From Paecilomyces variotii (Eukaryota): a DNA stretch of 64,000 nt. Below, piece after piece: positions 25,515 through 39,736 of this stretch (position 1 is the first letter of the stretch; the number at the start of each line of letters is the position of its first letter). The notes under the pieces were generated by a model, which worked only from the letters and a program-made list of their open reading frames with translations, ran no database searches and was not told the DNA's origin. The translations under genes were made by a program, and so were the position numbers. The stretch is taken from the NCBI GenBank assembly GCA_004022145.1, contig RCNU01000008.1. One strand, 5' to 3'.

Positions 25515-25980
25515 GCCAAAGAATTAGTGCTTTAACTATACTATTTAGAAACTAGTGCAAACTAGCTCAAAAATCTGAGCTAATAATATTAGGGCAGATA
25601 TACTAAACCTAATATAGCAGTAATAAAAATTTCTTTAATAAGGGTCTAAGAATAAATAGTTGCAGTTTATTAATAAATAGCACTAATTTAGCTGTTTTTT
25701 TAAGGCTTTATTTAACTTTAATAATAAATAATTCTATTAATTTTAAATTAAATTACTTAAAGTTTAATACTATAGATTTAGTTACTATTTCTATTTTAAT
25801 TTATATATATTTTAATATAATAAGATATTTTATTAATATATAACTATAATATTAAAGTTACTATATTTAATTTTATTAAATAGTATATTTAAATCTTAGT
25901 ATTATTTTATAGCCTTAATATTATTTAAATATAATATTTTTATTTTATATTTAATCTTTTATAAACTCTTAAACTAACTA

Positions 25981-28270
25981 ATAAAAATATATTTAAATAT
26001 TTATAAACTCCTGAATTATAGAGTAAAGATAGTAAGGCTAAAGAATCTAAATAAATAATATTAATAATATAAACTTTATAAGGATACTATGCTTTATAAT
26101 ATATTAATAGGGGATATTACCTCTTTAATATTAGCTAAGATATTAAAAATAAAGCTAAAAGACTTATTATTAGTAATTAATATATTTATTAATAAAAAGG
26201 ATATTCCTTATTAATATTATATAATTAAAGCTTATCTAAAATATATATTTTAAATAATAAATCTAGGATCTAAGTATTCTCTATATCTAGAGTAAATTTA
26301 ATATCTTTAGCGAATAATATATAGCTATAATAATACTCTTTTTATTATATAGATAGGGTTTAGAAAGAGTCTTATTTTTTATTTATTTTTAATTATAATA
26401 AGGAGAATAATTCTTTAAATAATATCCTTAAATAAGCTTATTAAAGAATAAATACAAGATATTAAAAGGTTTTAAAAGATAAAGCTATATATTATTAATA
26501 ATAAGACTAAATAATAGCAGTATAATCTTATTTAAAATATTTAAGCTAATATATATATATATATGCTTTTAAGCCTTAAATAGGCTATATTAAAGCTCTT
26601 TCTAAATATATTATTAAGGCTAGAAATATAAGCTAAGATTAGTTTTATAATAATTAATAAATGCTATCTAATTATATAATAGGAGATATTCTGGCCTAAA
26701 TTTACTATATTAGGCAAATTATAGTTAATCTTAAAATAAGATATTATTTAGTTTAGCTATTTTATAATACTTACTAAAGATAATAAGAAAGAAATTATTT
26801 AAAGAGCTAGCTTTAGAGCTATTAGAGATTAACCCTATTAAATTAAAATTATTTAGACCTCTATTAACTAGATAGATATATTTATCTATATCTTATTTAT
26901 TCTATATAAGAAGTTATCTTCCTTTAAGATATTATACTTCCTCTTAGATACTATTATTAAAAATAATAAAGTAATACTTAAGTATATATTAAAAATAATT
27001 ATCTTTATAAATAATATTTAGAAGATTAAGATAATAGTAGAATATTTTTATTAAATATTTTTAATAAAGTCTGCATTATTATTATTAGATTATTAGTATT
27101 CTAAGATAAAAGATAGCCCTTATTTAGTTAATATAATAATTTAAACCTTTATATTATATATTTTATTATATAACTAGAAGATCTACTTTAATAAATTTAA
27201 ATCTATTTTATTTAAAATATATATTATAGTAGTAATAACTGCTTTTAAGATAAGAATTAATATACTTAATATTAAGTATATTATTAATTAGAAGTTCCTA
27301 ATTAGTTTAAATATCTATAATATTTAATAATAGATAAGATATAGTAGCTATAAAGAGGGTTAAATAAATAAGAGCTATATTATACTTCTATATTAAGTAT
27401 TTAACTTAGAGGGTATTAATAGACCTATAAAATAAATATTAGCTTTTATAACTGCTTAAAGCCTAAAACTATAGTTTTAAAATAATTAACTATCTAAATT
27501 AATTATATTAGGGGATATTAGTAAGACTAAAAATATCTTATTATTAGTCTCTATATAAAGCTAAGAATTTATATCTTAAAAGAGATATTAGAATTAAAGA
27601 GAGATAAAATATTAATTTAAACTCTCTATTTATTAGAAGCAAATTATTAATAGACCTTATTATTAAAAGATATTTTTATCTTATTTAAATAAAAATAGAA
27701 TATTATTATATATTAAAATATCTCCTTTATTAGCATAAGATTATTATAGTAAATATAATCTATCTTAGATTTTAATCTTTATTATACCTCTGCTAAAAAA
27801 GAAATCTATAAAGAAACTATATAATAAGAATTATACTAATATTATCCTAGAGTTATTTAATTAATAGGCTATTTTATAGGTAGAGTTAATATATCTATAC
27901 TAAAATTAATATTTCCCTATAATATTTACTATATTTATAAGCTAAGATTACTAATAGTAAATCTCTGTTTTATATAATTTAAAAAAGATAATCTTTAATA
28001 TAGAGTTTAATAAGCTAGCTATATAAGCTCTATTAATTTAAAAATAGCAGTATAAAAAGCTATATAATAATAATTTAGTCTAATAATTATAATATATAGC
28101 TTAAGAAGTTACTAATCTATATATAATTAAGAGATTAGCTTAAAGTTTAGACTAAAGCTAATAATAAGAGAATATTTATTAGTTAGATATCTCCTTTAAT
28201 ATAAAAAAAAGATATACTAAGTTTATTTAATAAAAAGATAATTCTCTTATTATATAGTTAGTAAGGTAAA
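25981..28270 (+). pseudogene. RIP-mutated RecQ-family (SF2, DExH) helicase of the transposon; interrupted by Gypsy A, and probably continuing at 42335-42609 and past 50012
   Basis: One frame, allowing C>T/G>A reversion: motif I TGFGKSLIF (26353-26379), motif II IDECH (26653-26667), motif III FGCSATL (about 26752-26772), motif V ATTAFGMGID.PD (about 27232-27270), motif VI QRMGRGGR (27328-27351), then a RecQ-type Zn region C...CCSKC (about 27655-27760). Start position approximate. Confidence 0.85.
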
Positions 28271-30510
28271 TAATATAGGTTTAGTCGGAGACTAATCGCA
28301 TTAGAGGTCTAGAAGAGATTATAAGAATCCAGAATGCTAAGTACAGCAAGTAGGTTACCTAATATTATATAACTAAGTCTAGTTATATAACTTAGAAGGA
28401 AAAGGGTCTTATATTTATAATATTTACCTCCTCTTTTAAAGAACTTATATTCTCGCTAAGTCTTATAAATTAAATCTAAAACTATATATTATAATAAAAA
28501 AGTATAATCTCCTATAAAAAACTATAGTCTGCTATAAAGGCTAAAGTAATTAATAAAATAGTATATTGCTATAGAATAGCACAGATTACTATTATATTAA
28601 ATAGAATACTAATAAACTTAATATAATAGATAATAATTTAAAACTTAAAAAATAACTAATAATAACTTAAAATAGCTAGTAAGTAAAGAGAACTTACCTA
28701 ATATAGAACTAGAAACATTTAAAAAATACTTAAAGAAAAGAATAAAATTTAAGAAATACCCCTCTTTTTAAATAAGCTGCTTATTTAAAATCTATTTAAT
28801 ATTATAAGAGTATTATCTTTAGTTATCTATTTTATTTTAAATACCTTACTAAGTTCTAGTTTAGAAATTATTATATTAAATATATATATTTAATACTCTG
28901 CCTTTATTAAATTATTCTATAGTTTAGTATTTTCCGCAATTAGATTAATAATTATATATATATCTTTATCCTCTACTTTAATAGTAGTTGCGCTATCTTT
29001 ACTTTTTAGCGTAATATTAGAGTCTTTGTATTTATATTGCCTATAGACTTATTTAAGTATTTAGCTATATTAAATTTTAGTATATTTATTCTATTAAATA
29101 TCTATATCGACTTATTAAATATCTATATTAATTTATTTATTTATTAAAGCCTTAACTATTAAATATTTAAACTAAACCTCTGCGGTTTATATTTATTAAG
29201 TATCCTTAACTATTTAATTATTATAGTCTAATAATATTGTAGTATTTCTAATTATATAGATTTGCTAAGTACTGCGATTTAAAGATATACTTAGTCTTCT
29301 TAATATTACTTATATAAAACTTCTTATATTTAGTATTTTAATATCTAAGACTATAAAGCTTAAATTTTCTAATTATAATTATCTCTTAACCTTAATAAAT
29401 AGTTTACTTCTTACTGTATAAACTTAAAGCTTTAGATTATATATAGATACTCTATAGAATTCTATATTATTATTTATAAAAGCTAGTTTAATTATAATAT
29501 TAATTATATTTATTTTTTCTTTAATATTTATTAGTAGGATAATCTAACCCTATCTATTAATAAACTAGTATATATATAGTTTTAGTGCCCCTTTTATTAC
29601 TTAAAGGAAAATATTACTATCTATTTTATAATAGGTTAATATACTTAGCTTTAGTAATATAAAGTTTTCTTTTTAAATCGCTTTATCTTATTATTTTCTC
29701 TATATTTTTATTTATTTAATATTAACTAGGTAATCTTTTTTAATCTGTTTAATTTAAATATAATAATAAGCCTCCTATTTCTTTAATAATATAGGCTTTA
29801 CTAGTTATATTTAAAATATCTATTCTCTATTTAAAATAAGATTTAAGCTATATTATATAATATCTCTAGTTATTTCTTTTAGCTCCTTATTACTATTTAT
29901 AAATATATATACTATAAATAATAATATAAATCTCTTTAATAAAATTTTCAGAATTAGGGTATTATTTAATAAGGCGTTTACTATTTATCTTATAATTCTA
30001 CTTATTTTATTTAAAAATTCCCCTATTAGGAAGAATTAAGTTCTCTCCTTAATTAGAATATTATTATCCTCAGAATCTTAATTCTTATCTAGCTTTATAT
30101 TCTCTATATTTTAATAGTATTTCTTAAGAGTATAGATATTATTACAATATTTAAATCCTATTATAATATAGTATTTAATAATAGGAGTTTTATATCTCCT
30201 ATTATTAAAGTAAGGTTTATTTAAATAATTATTTTAATCTCAGGGATTATAAATATTTACTTCCTAGATCTATATAATACCTTAGCTTATCTTATAAGAT
30301 TTAAACAGTTTAAATTCATTTATATAATTATTTAATTTCTTTAACTTAAATAGCTACTTAGCTTATTCTATTAAATTTAAATAGCTTTAGTCTATTAATA
30401 TAGATATAACTCTTATCTATATATATAATTTTAGAGCTTATCCTATTAAGATCTAAATAGCTTTCTTAATTATTATATATATATTCTTAAAGCTCTAAAC
30501 AGCAATTACT

Positions 30511-30756
30511 TAATATATATAGTTTTAAGCAATACTTTAAATATTTAACTTTTATCCCTTTTCTAACAGCAATTCTGCTCAGCTTAATATATATAGTCTT
30601 AAATAATACCTTAAATATTTAATCTTTATCCCTTTTTTAACAGTAATTCTGCTTAGCTTAATATATATAATTTTAAATAATACCTTAAATATTTAACCCT
30701 TATCTCTTTTCTAATAGCAGTTTTGCTTAACTTAATATATATAATCTTAAATAATA
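30511..30756. repeat. Tandem repeat, 74-bp unit, about 3.3 copies, inside Gypsy A just 3' of pol
   Basis: Units start at 30511, 30585, 30659 and 30733 (TAATATATATA.T.TTAA..AATAC.TTAAATATTTAA...); the differences read are transitions. Confidence 0.85.
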
Positions 30757-33700
30757 TACTTTATATTTAATTTTTTCTTACTAAATATTAGAACCTATAT
30801 TTAGTATAAAAGAATATTTACAGTAAAATTTCTAAACTATTACTAGAATATAAGCTAATTTACTTATAGATACTTAGTACTATCTTACTATATCTAGGGC
30901 ATTTTCTATATATCTTACTAGTTCCTATATATTCTTATAATTATTATAGCCCTTCTATTTAACTAGATATTTTAATATATAGTCTTTACCCTTTATATTT
31001 AAAATCTTATTAACTTCTTATTCTATATAATATCTTATATTATCTGCTATGCATATTAGTAGTTTAGGCTCTAATTCCTTATATTATTTATTCTGCTTTT
31101 ATAATAATAATAATAAGATATAGAAAACTAAATAGATTTTATATATTACCGGCAGCTTTAATTAATAGGCCTATAGGCCTATCTTAGCTAGTATTTTAAA
31201 TAGCCCTTAATATTTATTATTTAACTTTTTACTTAGCTAGTCTATATAGAAATATTTTATATTTAGCAATACCTTATCCCTAACTATAAACTATATTAGC
31301 TAATCTTAGTTCTTTTCTAATATAATATCTTAGAGAAATAGCAGATAGTTTATTAGATTTTTATAGAGTTTATTTATATCCTTTATAAATATCTTAGCGT
31401 CCCTATTTTTATCTATTTAAATATTTACTAATATAAGAGGTTTAGGGTAATATCTATAATAGATAAAGAATAAAAATAGCTTAGTTACTAATTCTTAATA
31501 GTTATTATATATATATTCTACTAGAAGAAGTAACTATACCTAATTATCTTATTTCTAATTAGAAAAAACCTTAAAATATCTCTTTAAGATCTAGTTTAAC
31601 CTCTCTATAGCCCTATTTATCTACAGGTAGAATATAATAGATAGCTAATACTATATTCCTAATAGTTTAGCGACTATTAACTAGAATACTAATATAAATA
31701 AAAATCCTCTATTTAATACTATTAATGCCTAAAGGCTATATAGTTAAAAAATACTATTAATATATAATTTTACAAATATTAGACTATCTATATTATATAT
31801 ATATACTATAAAATAAGCTATTCTACTAAAATAATCTATAAATACTAATATTATAGAATAACTAAGGCTTAAAATATTATTACTTTTTAAGAGGCTAGTA
31901 ATAAAATCTATAATAATATAATCTTATAATCTATTTAATATTAATAATATTATTAGTATCTTATATATAATATAGGCTAGCTTAATTCTTTAATAGGCCG
32001 GGTAACTTTTAATATAAGAATTTACTATTATTAAGAGCCCTAGCTAAAATACTTAATATTATATCTTATTTATTATAGTATTCTTGCTAAAATATTCTCT
32101 AAATAATAAATTATAAAACTCTTTAATAATCTATATTTAAAGGCCTATTATAAATATATATATCTTAATATAATTATAATAGAATACTAAATCCTTATTA
32201 TCTTAATATATATCTAGCTAATCTTATACTTTCTCTTTTATATTATTAATATAGCTTTACTTAATATAGTCCTATAATATTAGTTTATAATAATTCTTAG
32301 CCTCTATAAGAATTTCCTCTATTATAGTCCTTATATATTAATAGCTTTCTTTATATTAATTCTCTTCTAATTATAATAAAAAAGCTATTAAAATATTTTT
32401 CCCAGAATAATAGATATTTCTTACTTATATTCTGCTAACTTATAATAATTAAGCTAGAGTATTCTCTTATTCTAACTAAGTTTTATAATTATTTTTATAT
32501 AATAATCTATTTATTAAATTCTTCTTACTTAATCTATATTTAATTATAAAATAAAACTATAAAAGAAACTTAGCCTATTATACTTACTTTTAAAAGAGAA
32601 TATATATTATTAAAAAATACTTAAGATTATTATAATCTATAAGTATAATTACTAGTTCCTAAATTTTTATAAAAAAATACCTTTAAACTTTAAAAGCCGC
32701 AATAATTATAAATAGTTTTTATTTATATATTAGCTATCTTACCTCTATATTTAAAAACTTAGCACTATTAAATATAACTAAGTAAGATAACTTATTCTTA
32801 AATATCTAACTTAAAATAGCTAATCTCATAAAGCTATTAGTATTTATTTCTAAAATATATAGTCTATTTATATTAAAATACCTTAGTAATAATACTTTTA
32901 TAAAATATAACTTAATTAAATAAAAACTTCTATTAACCTTATTACTCTAGATAAATAAAATATTTTATTTTATTAGTTTTATTATTAATAATATAATTAT
33001 ATTATATCTATAGATAAAATATTAATAGAAGTTATAAAACCCTAAGAAGTAAATTAGTACTGCTAATAATAATAATATTAGCTAAAATATAATAATATTT
33101 ATTCTATAAGAATCTATAGATATACCCTTAAAAATTATTATAAAGTCTAAAAATATAACTATAATAACTAAGAATTCGCACTTCTTAAGTTTATAGAATA
33201 AATAGTTATTTAATAAACTTTATAAGACTGCGCGGATATATTATATATATAATTTCTTATTTATACTAAAAATTAATATATTATCTAAATATATAATATA
33301 GTATTTATTAATATATTACCTTAGTATACTATTAATAAATGCTTAGAATATTACAGGCATATTATATAGTTTAAATAGTATTACTATCTATTTAAATAGT
33401 CTCTATTTTATTTAAAAGGTAGTTTTCTATTTATATCTCTCTATAATCTAAATTAAGTAATATATTAATTATAAATCTAGCTAAATAAATACTTTAATAC
33501 CTTTTAATTATATAAAGAGATTATTTATTATAGATATTAAATATTTATTTTTAATAATCTATTTATTTAATAGCTAGTAATCTATATAGAGTCTTAATTA
33601 TTCTTTACCCTTTAAAATAAATAATAATAATACTATATATAATATTATAAATAGTTAGATAATCTCTTATAGTAAAGATTTATTAAGGAACTTATTTAAT

Positions 33701-33761
33701 ATATTTATCTCCTATTTTAATAGGTAATAATAAGGCTTATAAGGTAGTTTTACTCCCTTAA

Positions 33762-36700
33762 TATTAAGGTACGGGCTTAGGAAGCGGGTTAAAATAAATA
33801 GAATAAGAAAGTTAATACTAGGACTAGCTATAAGATCTCTATCTAGCTAATTTAGATTAGAACGGGCTATTACAGGTAAGCTTAATAAATAAGATATAGC
33901 TTAAAGAGCTTAAATTTAGATTAAGCCATGCGCTAAAGATATCTTCGCGAGGTTATATAATACCTTATATAAGCATTAGCCGGTAGATTTATTTCCTATA
34001 TTAATACTATAATAATACCCCCCTCTTTAAGGTTAAGCTTTATTAAGACTATTCTTAGGCTTTAGCTTATTCAGATAGCAGCAATAGAAATTTATAATAA
34101 TTTTCTAAGTATACTATAGGTAATATATAGGCTCTTTAGTTAAGTTATTATAGCCTAATTACTTAATAATATATTATAATTAAGGGCCTCTATACCTATA
34201 ATATTTTTATTAAGAGTCTAGAATATTTTTAATAACTTATTTTTTAAAGCTATTAACTTTAACAGGCAGTAGTAAAGGTTATCTCTATTTAAGCATAAGG
34301 TTTTTAATAATAAGGCAAAGTAGGCTAATATTAAATATAGGATAAATATATATTAAGGCAGGTAAGTTAAGCTAATAGATATATAGGCTAATAACCTTAA
34401 TAATATAGAATAGGCTAAGATTCTTCTAGTTAAGTTTCTTTTGGGGGTATTAAGTATAAATATTCTAAGTATTTAATTAAATAGACTATCTTATATAATA
34501 GCAGTAAGCTAAGGTTTAATAATAATTAGTCTGCTTTTTATAATAGGCTTAGATAATATAAATCTAGGTATAGATATAATTTATAATATCTTATATCTTT
34601 TTAATAAAGGCTTTAGTATCTTTAATAGTAGGCTAGTTTATAGGCTAAATAGGCTTAAATCTTATATATAAATAGAACCTATAATTAGTAAAAAAAAATA
34701 ATATTCTAATAGTCTTAAAATAATAGGAGTTTAATATAAATTTAGCTAAAGATAGCTAATTAACCTAATTATCTTATAAATAGCTAATATAAGTGCGCAA
34801 ATATTATTCTAGAATAGTATTTATTCTCTTAGTCTAACTATTAATCTTAAGATAATAAGTAGTAAATAATAGGTTTATAATATCTAGGCATTAAATTAAA
34901 TATTTCTAAAAAGTAATAATAAACTAAGGGCCTTAATTAGATATTATAGTCTTTAATAGCCTATAGAGCTTCTATATATAGTAAATATATAATTATACTA
35001 TTCCTTTAATATCGCAGATAGCTTAGCAGAGAATAAAGTACTTTATCTTTATAAATCGGTCTATAATAATTAATATAATATTATAATTTTAGTAAAGTAT
35101 AAATCTAATAATAAAATCTATTAAGATATCTTACTAAGAGTATTTAAAGATAAGGAGCTAGCGTAAGACTCTTTAGCAGCCTTTATTTAAGGGTATAATA
35201 TAATAGCAGGTATAGTAATTCTAGGTCTAATAATCTATATATTAATATATATTCGGCCAATAATATTCTTATAAGATTAAATTATAAAACTTATATTTTC
35301 TAGAGTATTTAAATATATACTTATTATAATATTCTTATAATAGGCGGGCTCTTAGCTTATTATAATTAAAAACATATAGATAGTCTTTATAATATAAGTA
35401 TTTTTCTCTTTACTAATAATTAGCTAGCGTAATCTTAGGGTAATAATTAGCTTTATAATCTAAGGCTTGCAGAATAGACTGTATTAAGTTATTAAATAAG
35501 TAAGCTATATTTAGTAGATCTTTAATATTAAGCAAATACTTTAGTTTATCGGGTATAGTAGGGGAATTTAACTAGTTTTACTTAATAGGCTAAGCTACTT
35601 TTTTAATAGGCTAAATAGTCTCTTTAATAGACTAAATTATCTCCTTAGCAGTTTAAATAATTTTAATAGACTAGTTAGGCGGCGAAGTAGACTAAATAGG
35701 TTCTCTAGGTATAGATTAAATAAGTTCTCTAGGCTAAATAAATTAACTTCTTAAAACAGATTAGGCAGGTATTTCTATAGGTTCGGCGAGATTTCTAACC
35801 TCTTAAGCTATTAGATTAGTAAAGTAAACGCACCTTACTATTTAACTCCTGGTAATAGCTTTTAATTTTAGAGATCTCTAAATCTATAGGTTAAGGTTCT
35901 CCTTCTTTAAGACTATCTAGCTCTAATATTATAGCTATTTATCCCCCTTCTTAAAGAAATCTTCTAACCTCCTAATTAAGGTATTAGACTTTATTTCTTA
36001 CTTTCTAGGTTAGTATATAATTCAGAAGTTAAACTAAGATAAGAACTTAAATTAATGGGCTTATTATTAGTTTAGCAGCTTAGTTAATATAAAATATTCT
36101 AGATTATAATAATCTGTAATAACTTTAATTAGTAATAGTATACTTTTAAATTTAAGGTATTACTTCTTAAAGCAGTAAATAATTACTAATAGTTTTTTAT
36201 TATAAATCTTATAATTATACTTTATAATAGAGAGCTTTTTTAAAAAAAATATAATAAGATATAGAATTTCTTTATTATTATACTAGGATATAACTCTAGC
36301 TAATATATAGTTAAATAAGTTAGTTTTAACTATAATCTTATAGGTCTAGTTAAATAGCTTTAGGATTAAGGCTTAAATAAATACTTCTTTTAAGGCTTTA
36401 AAACTAGACTAATAGATAAATATCTAATTAAAGGGAATTCCCTTCTAAATTAAGCTTATAAATAATATAATTATCTTAAAAAAGTTATAAATAAACTAAT
36501 AGTAAAAGTTGCTAAACCTAATAAAAGCTTATATATTAATTATATAGGTTAGGGTCTTCTATTCGGCAATTATTTTTATCTTATTTAAATTTATTTTAAT
36601 ATAGTCTTAGCTAATAATAATGCTTAAGAATTTAGTCTTAAAGATAATAAACTTATACTTCTAGATCTTTATATATAGGCCTATTTTATATAGCTTTTAT

Positions 36701-39700
36701 AAAATAGCGCAGATATATTAAATATATTTAGAATAAGTTATACTATATATTAGAATATTATTAAGATATATAATATAAAAGATATTAAGATAATCTTATA
36801 GGGTATTATTAATAAATTATTAAAATATTGCTAATACTTCTATTAAGCTAAATAATATTACTAGTAATTTAAACAGACTAAGTTAGATATAGAAGGCAGT
36901 TAGATATTCTTATCTCTTCTTAATATAAAGGTTATTAAATATAAAAATAATATTAATCTTTATAAAGTACTTTATTCTTTTTAAGTTATTTAAGGTCTCT
37001 TTAATTAAAGATAGGGAATATTAATCTTTAATAGTTATTATATTTAGGGCTTAATAATCTATATAGATCTATATTTCTCTACTAAGCTTTTTAATAAATA
37101 GAATTAGAGATATAGCAAGTAATAAGTTTAGATAGATAAATCCCTTTCTTAAATTTTCTTTAATCTATTCCTTTAAGACCTTTAATTTATTCTAAGATAT
37201 AGTATATAGAGATTTAAAGGGGAGTAACTTCCTTTTTAATAGCTTAATATTATAATTATAAGAATAATATAGTAATAGGTACTTAGCCTTCTTAGGAGAA
37301 AAGATATTAATATAATTCTTAAACTCCTTAAATAATAGGTAGGTAGGGTCTTCTTTTTAGACTTATTTAATCCTTAAAGTAGTATCTAAGTCCTCTAGAG
37401 TAATTATAAATATTTAAGCATTTCTTTAAATATAGGCAAAATAGGCGGCTAAAGAAATAAAGGCTATATTTCTTTTTTCTAGTTCTCTAAGTCTTAGGGG
37501 TAAGTATTAGGGTAAAGCTTTTAAGGGAATATTATATAGGGCGGGTATTTTAATTAGCTTTAAGGGTATATTATAATTCTTTTAATAATAATTATTATTA
37601 AAAGTAATATTATAAGCAATAAATTATAAGTATAAGTTATAATACTTTAATTAGAGGAATCTTAAGATAATAAAATAATATACTAGTTAGATAATATAGA
37701 ACTTAGTATTTTTTTTAAAATAATCCTTAATTCTTATATTTATCTAGATATAATATATAATCTTCCTATTCTCTAGTTCTCTTCTATTAAATATATATAG
37801 GGTAATTAGGCTCTTTAAGGGGATAAGCTCTAACTCTTAATTCTTAGCCTATTCTTAATTTATAAATTTTTATTTTTTAGCTTTAATATTAAGTAGAGTA
37901 TAAATTAGCAGGTAGATTTTCTTCTTCTTCTTTTCTAGTATTATAGGTAATATTATTAATTTTAATTATTATAGGTATTCTTTAAGGTTAATTTTATAAA
38001 TAGTAATAGCAGAGATTTAAATAATATATAATTCTTAAGCTTAGCTATAATTTATTTTAGGCTTATTCCTTTTACTAAAGACTAGTTAGGGGATAAATTA
38101 TATAAGTTTAAAAACTGGATTGCCTAGGGAGTCTAGGGGTAAGATTTATATATAGCTATAGTTTAAATCTTCTAATAATTATCTAGATATAGATAATCTC
38201 TAATATAATATTCTAGGGAGCTATATTAGAAGCAGGCGCTAATTTTATAGTATAATAGGCTATATTCTTTTTTACTTAGGTATTTAAAAATATTTAAATC
38301 TATTAAGTTATATAGCTATATTAAGGCTAGTTTACTTTTTTATATAGAGCTTTTCTAAGGCTAATTATTATATCTTATAGCTAAGGCGGGACTTAGAGTA
38401 AATAAGAGAGACTAGATATACTAAATAGATTTTAAAATAGTAATATAAGTCTTTATAATAAGGGGCTAGTTTATAGTATATTAGTAATAATAGTTCTTAA
38501 GGTTTTATAAGAATTTGGCAAATTAATAATATTTATAACTTAAGGGCTAGCTATATAATAATATTTTTTAGAATTTTTAACTAATAGCTTACTCTAATAA
38601 GATAAATAATATTCTTTTAAATATTTCTTTTTTTAGCGCTAGGTGCTAGAACTTAGTAAAAAAGATTTTAAATTCTTTATTAATTTAATAAAAATTAAAT
38701 AGTTTATTATATATATTATTTATATAATTAGGGTTATTAAATATATACTTTAAAATATTTAAAATCTCTTAGTAATTGCTAAGAATATAAGTCCTATCTC
38801 TAATATATAGCAATACTTAAGTATAAAGCGCATTCTTTAAGCAATTAGTTATATAAGCTATATAGCTCTAGGGGGTTGGGAATTAGTCTTAGTTAATTAT
38901 TATCTTCCCCTAGATCTAGGCTATAAAGCGCTAAAGGTCTTTTTAATCGCTTTTAAATTTATTAAAGTTAGAGAGTCTTTTTAAAAGTCTAGGAGTAAAG
39001 GAAAGTATAATAATAAGTATCTTAGATATTCTTATTAAAGTAATTATAGGCCTCTTAATATTAGGCTTAAATTTAAATATAAATATAGGTATATTTATAA
39101 TAGGAGTAGCTATATAATAAGCTTAGTTTTTTTTAATAATAGCCTAAATATATTATTATTTCTTTTTATTAAGCTATATTTCTTAATATTGCTAAATAGC
39201 CCTAAGATTAATATTTTTTTATTTAAGTCTCTGTTATATAGCCGCGAACTTCCGCTAAAATTCTTAAAATCTTACCTTAGTTTATTTAATATATTAGCTG
39301 GTTTTATTTATAGATAATTTAGCCCTAATAATATATTTATATACTAGGTAATAGTAATTATATTATTCTGGCCTATAGCTAGTAGTAATATGCTTAATAA
39401 ACTCTTTTAAAGTTATTAATAGGAATAGGGGAATTAAAGCAGGTATTATTAATAGTATTAACTCCTGGGTAGAAGCTATATAATATTAAGGTATAAGCTT
39501 AAGAAGCGGGTTAGAATAAATAGAATAAGGAAGTTAATACTAGGACTAGCTATAAGATCTCTATTTAGCTAATTTAGACTAGAATAGGCTATTATAGGTA
39601 GGCTTAGTAAATAAAATATAGCTTAAAGAGCTTAAATTTAGATTAAGCTATATACTAAAGATATCTTCGCGAGGTTATATAATACCTTATATAAGCATTA

Positions 39701-39736
39701 GCCGGTAAATCTGTCTCTTATACTGGTATTATAATA
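33762..39736 (-). mobile_element. Gypsy/Ty3 chromovirus LTR retrotransposon B (5,975 bp), nested in the RT region of Gypsy A
   Basis: 253-bp LTRs at 33762-34014 and 39484-39736. TSD CTTAA at 33757-33761 and 39737-39741. G-rich polypurine tract on - at about 34015-34030. Back-translated YLDD at 36757-36768 and chromodomain YIVKWLGY...EP at about 34060-34230. Confidence 0.92.

Noticed and set aside
25456-28270. Starship element (large size, TTAC just upstream at 25457)
   Set aside because: The first gene is a RecQ-like helicase, not a DUF3435 tyrosine recombinase. The ends are symmetric TIRs with a TSD, and the size comes from nested LTR elements.
25981-28270. Telomere-linked RecQ helicase or Helitron
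   Set aside because: No telomeric array nearby. The motifs are SF2 DExH rather than PIF1/Rep, and the gene lies within TIRs opposite a transposase.
30511-30756. CRISPR-like array
   Set aside because: Contiguous tandem units with no unique spacers, inside a fungal retrotransposon.
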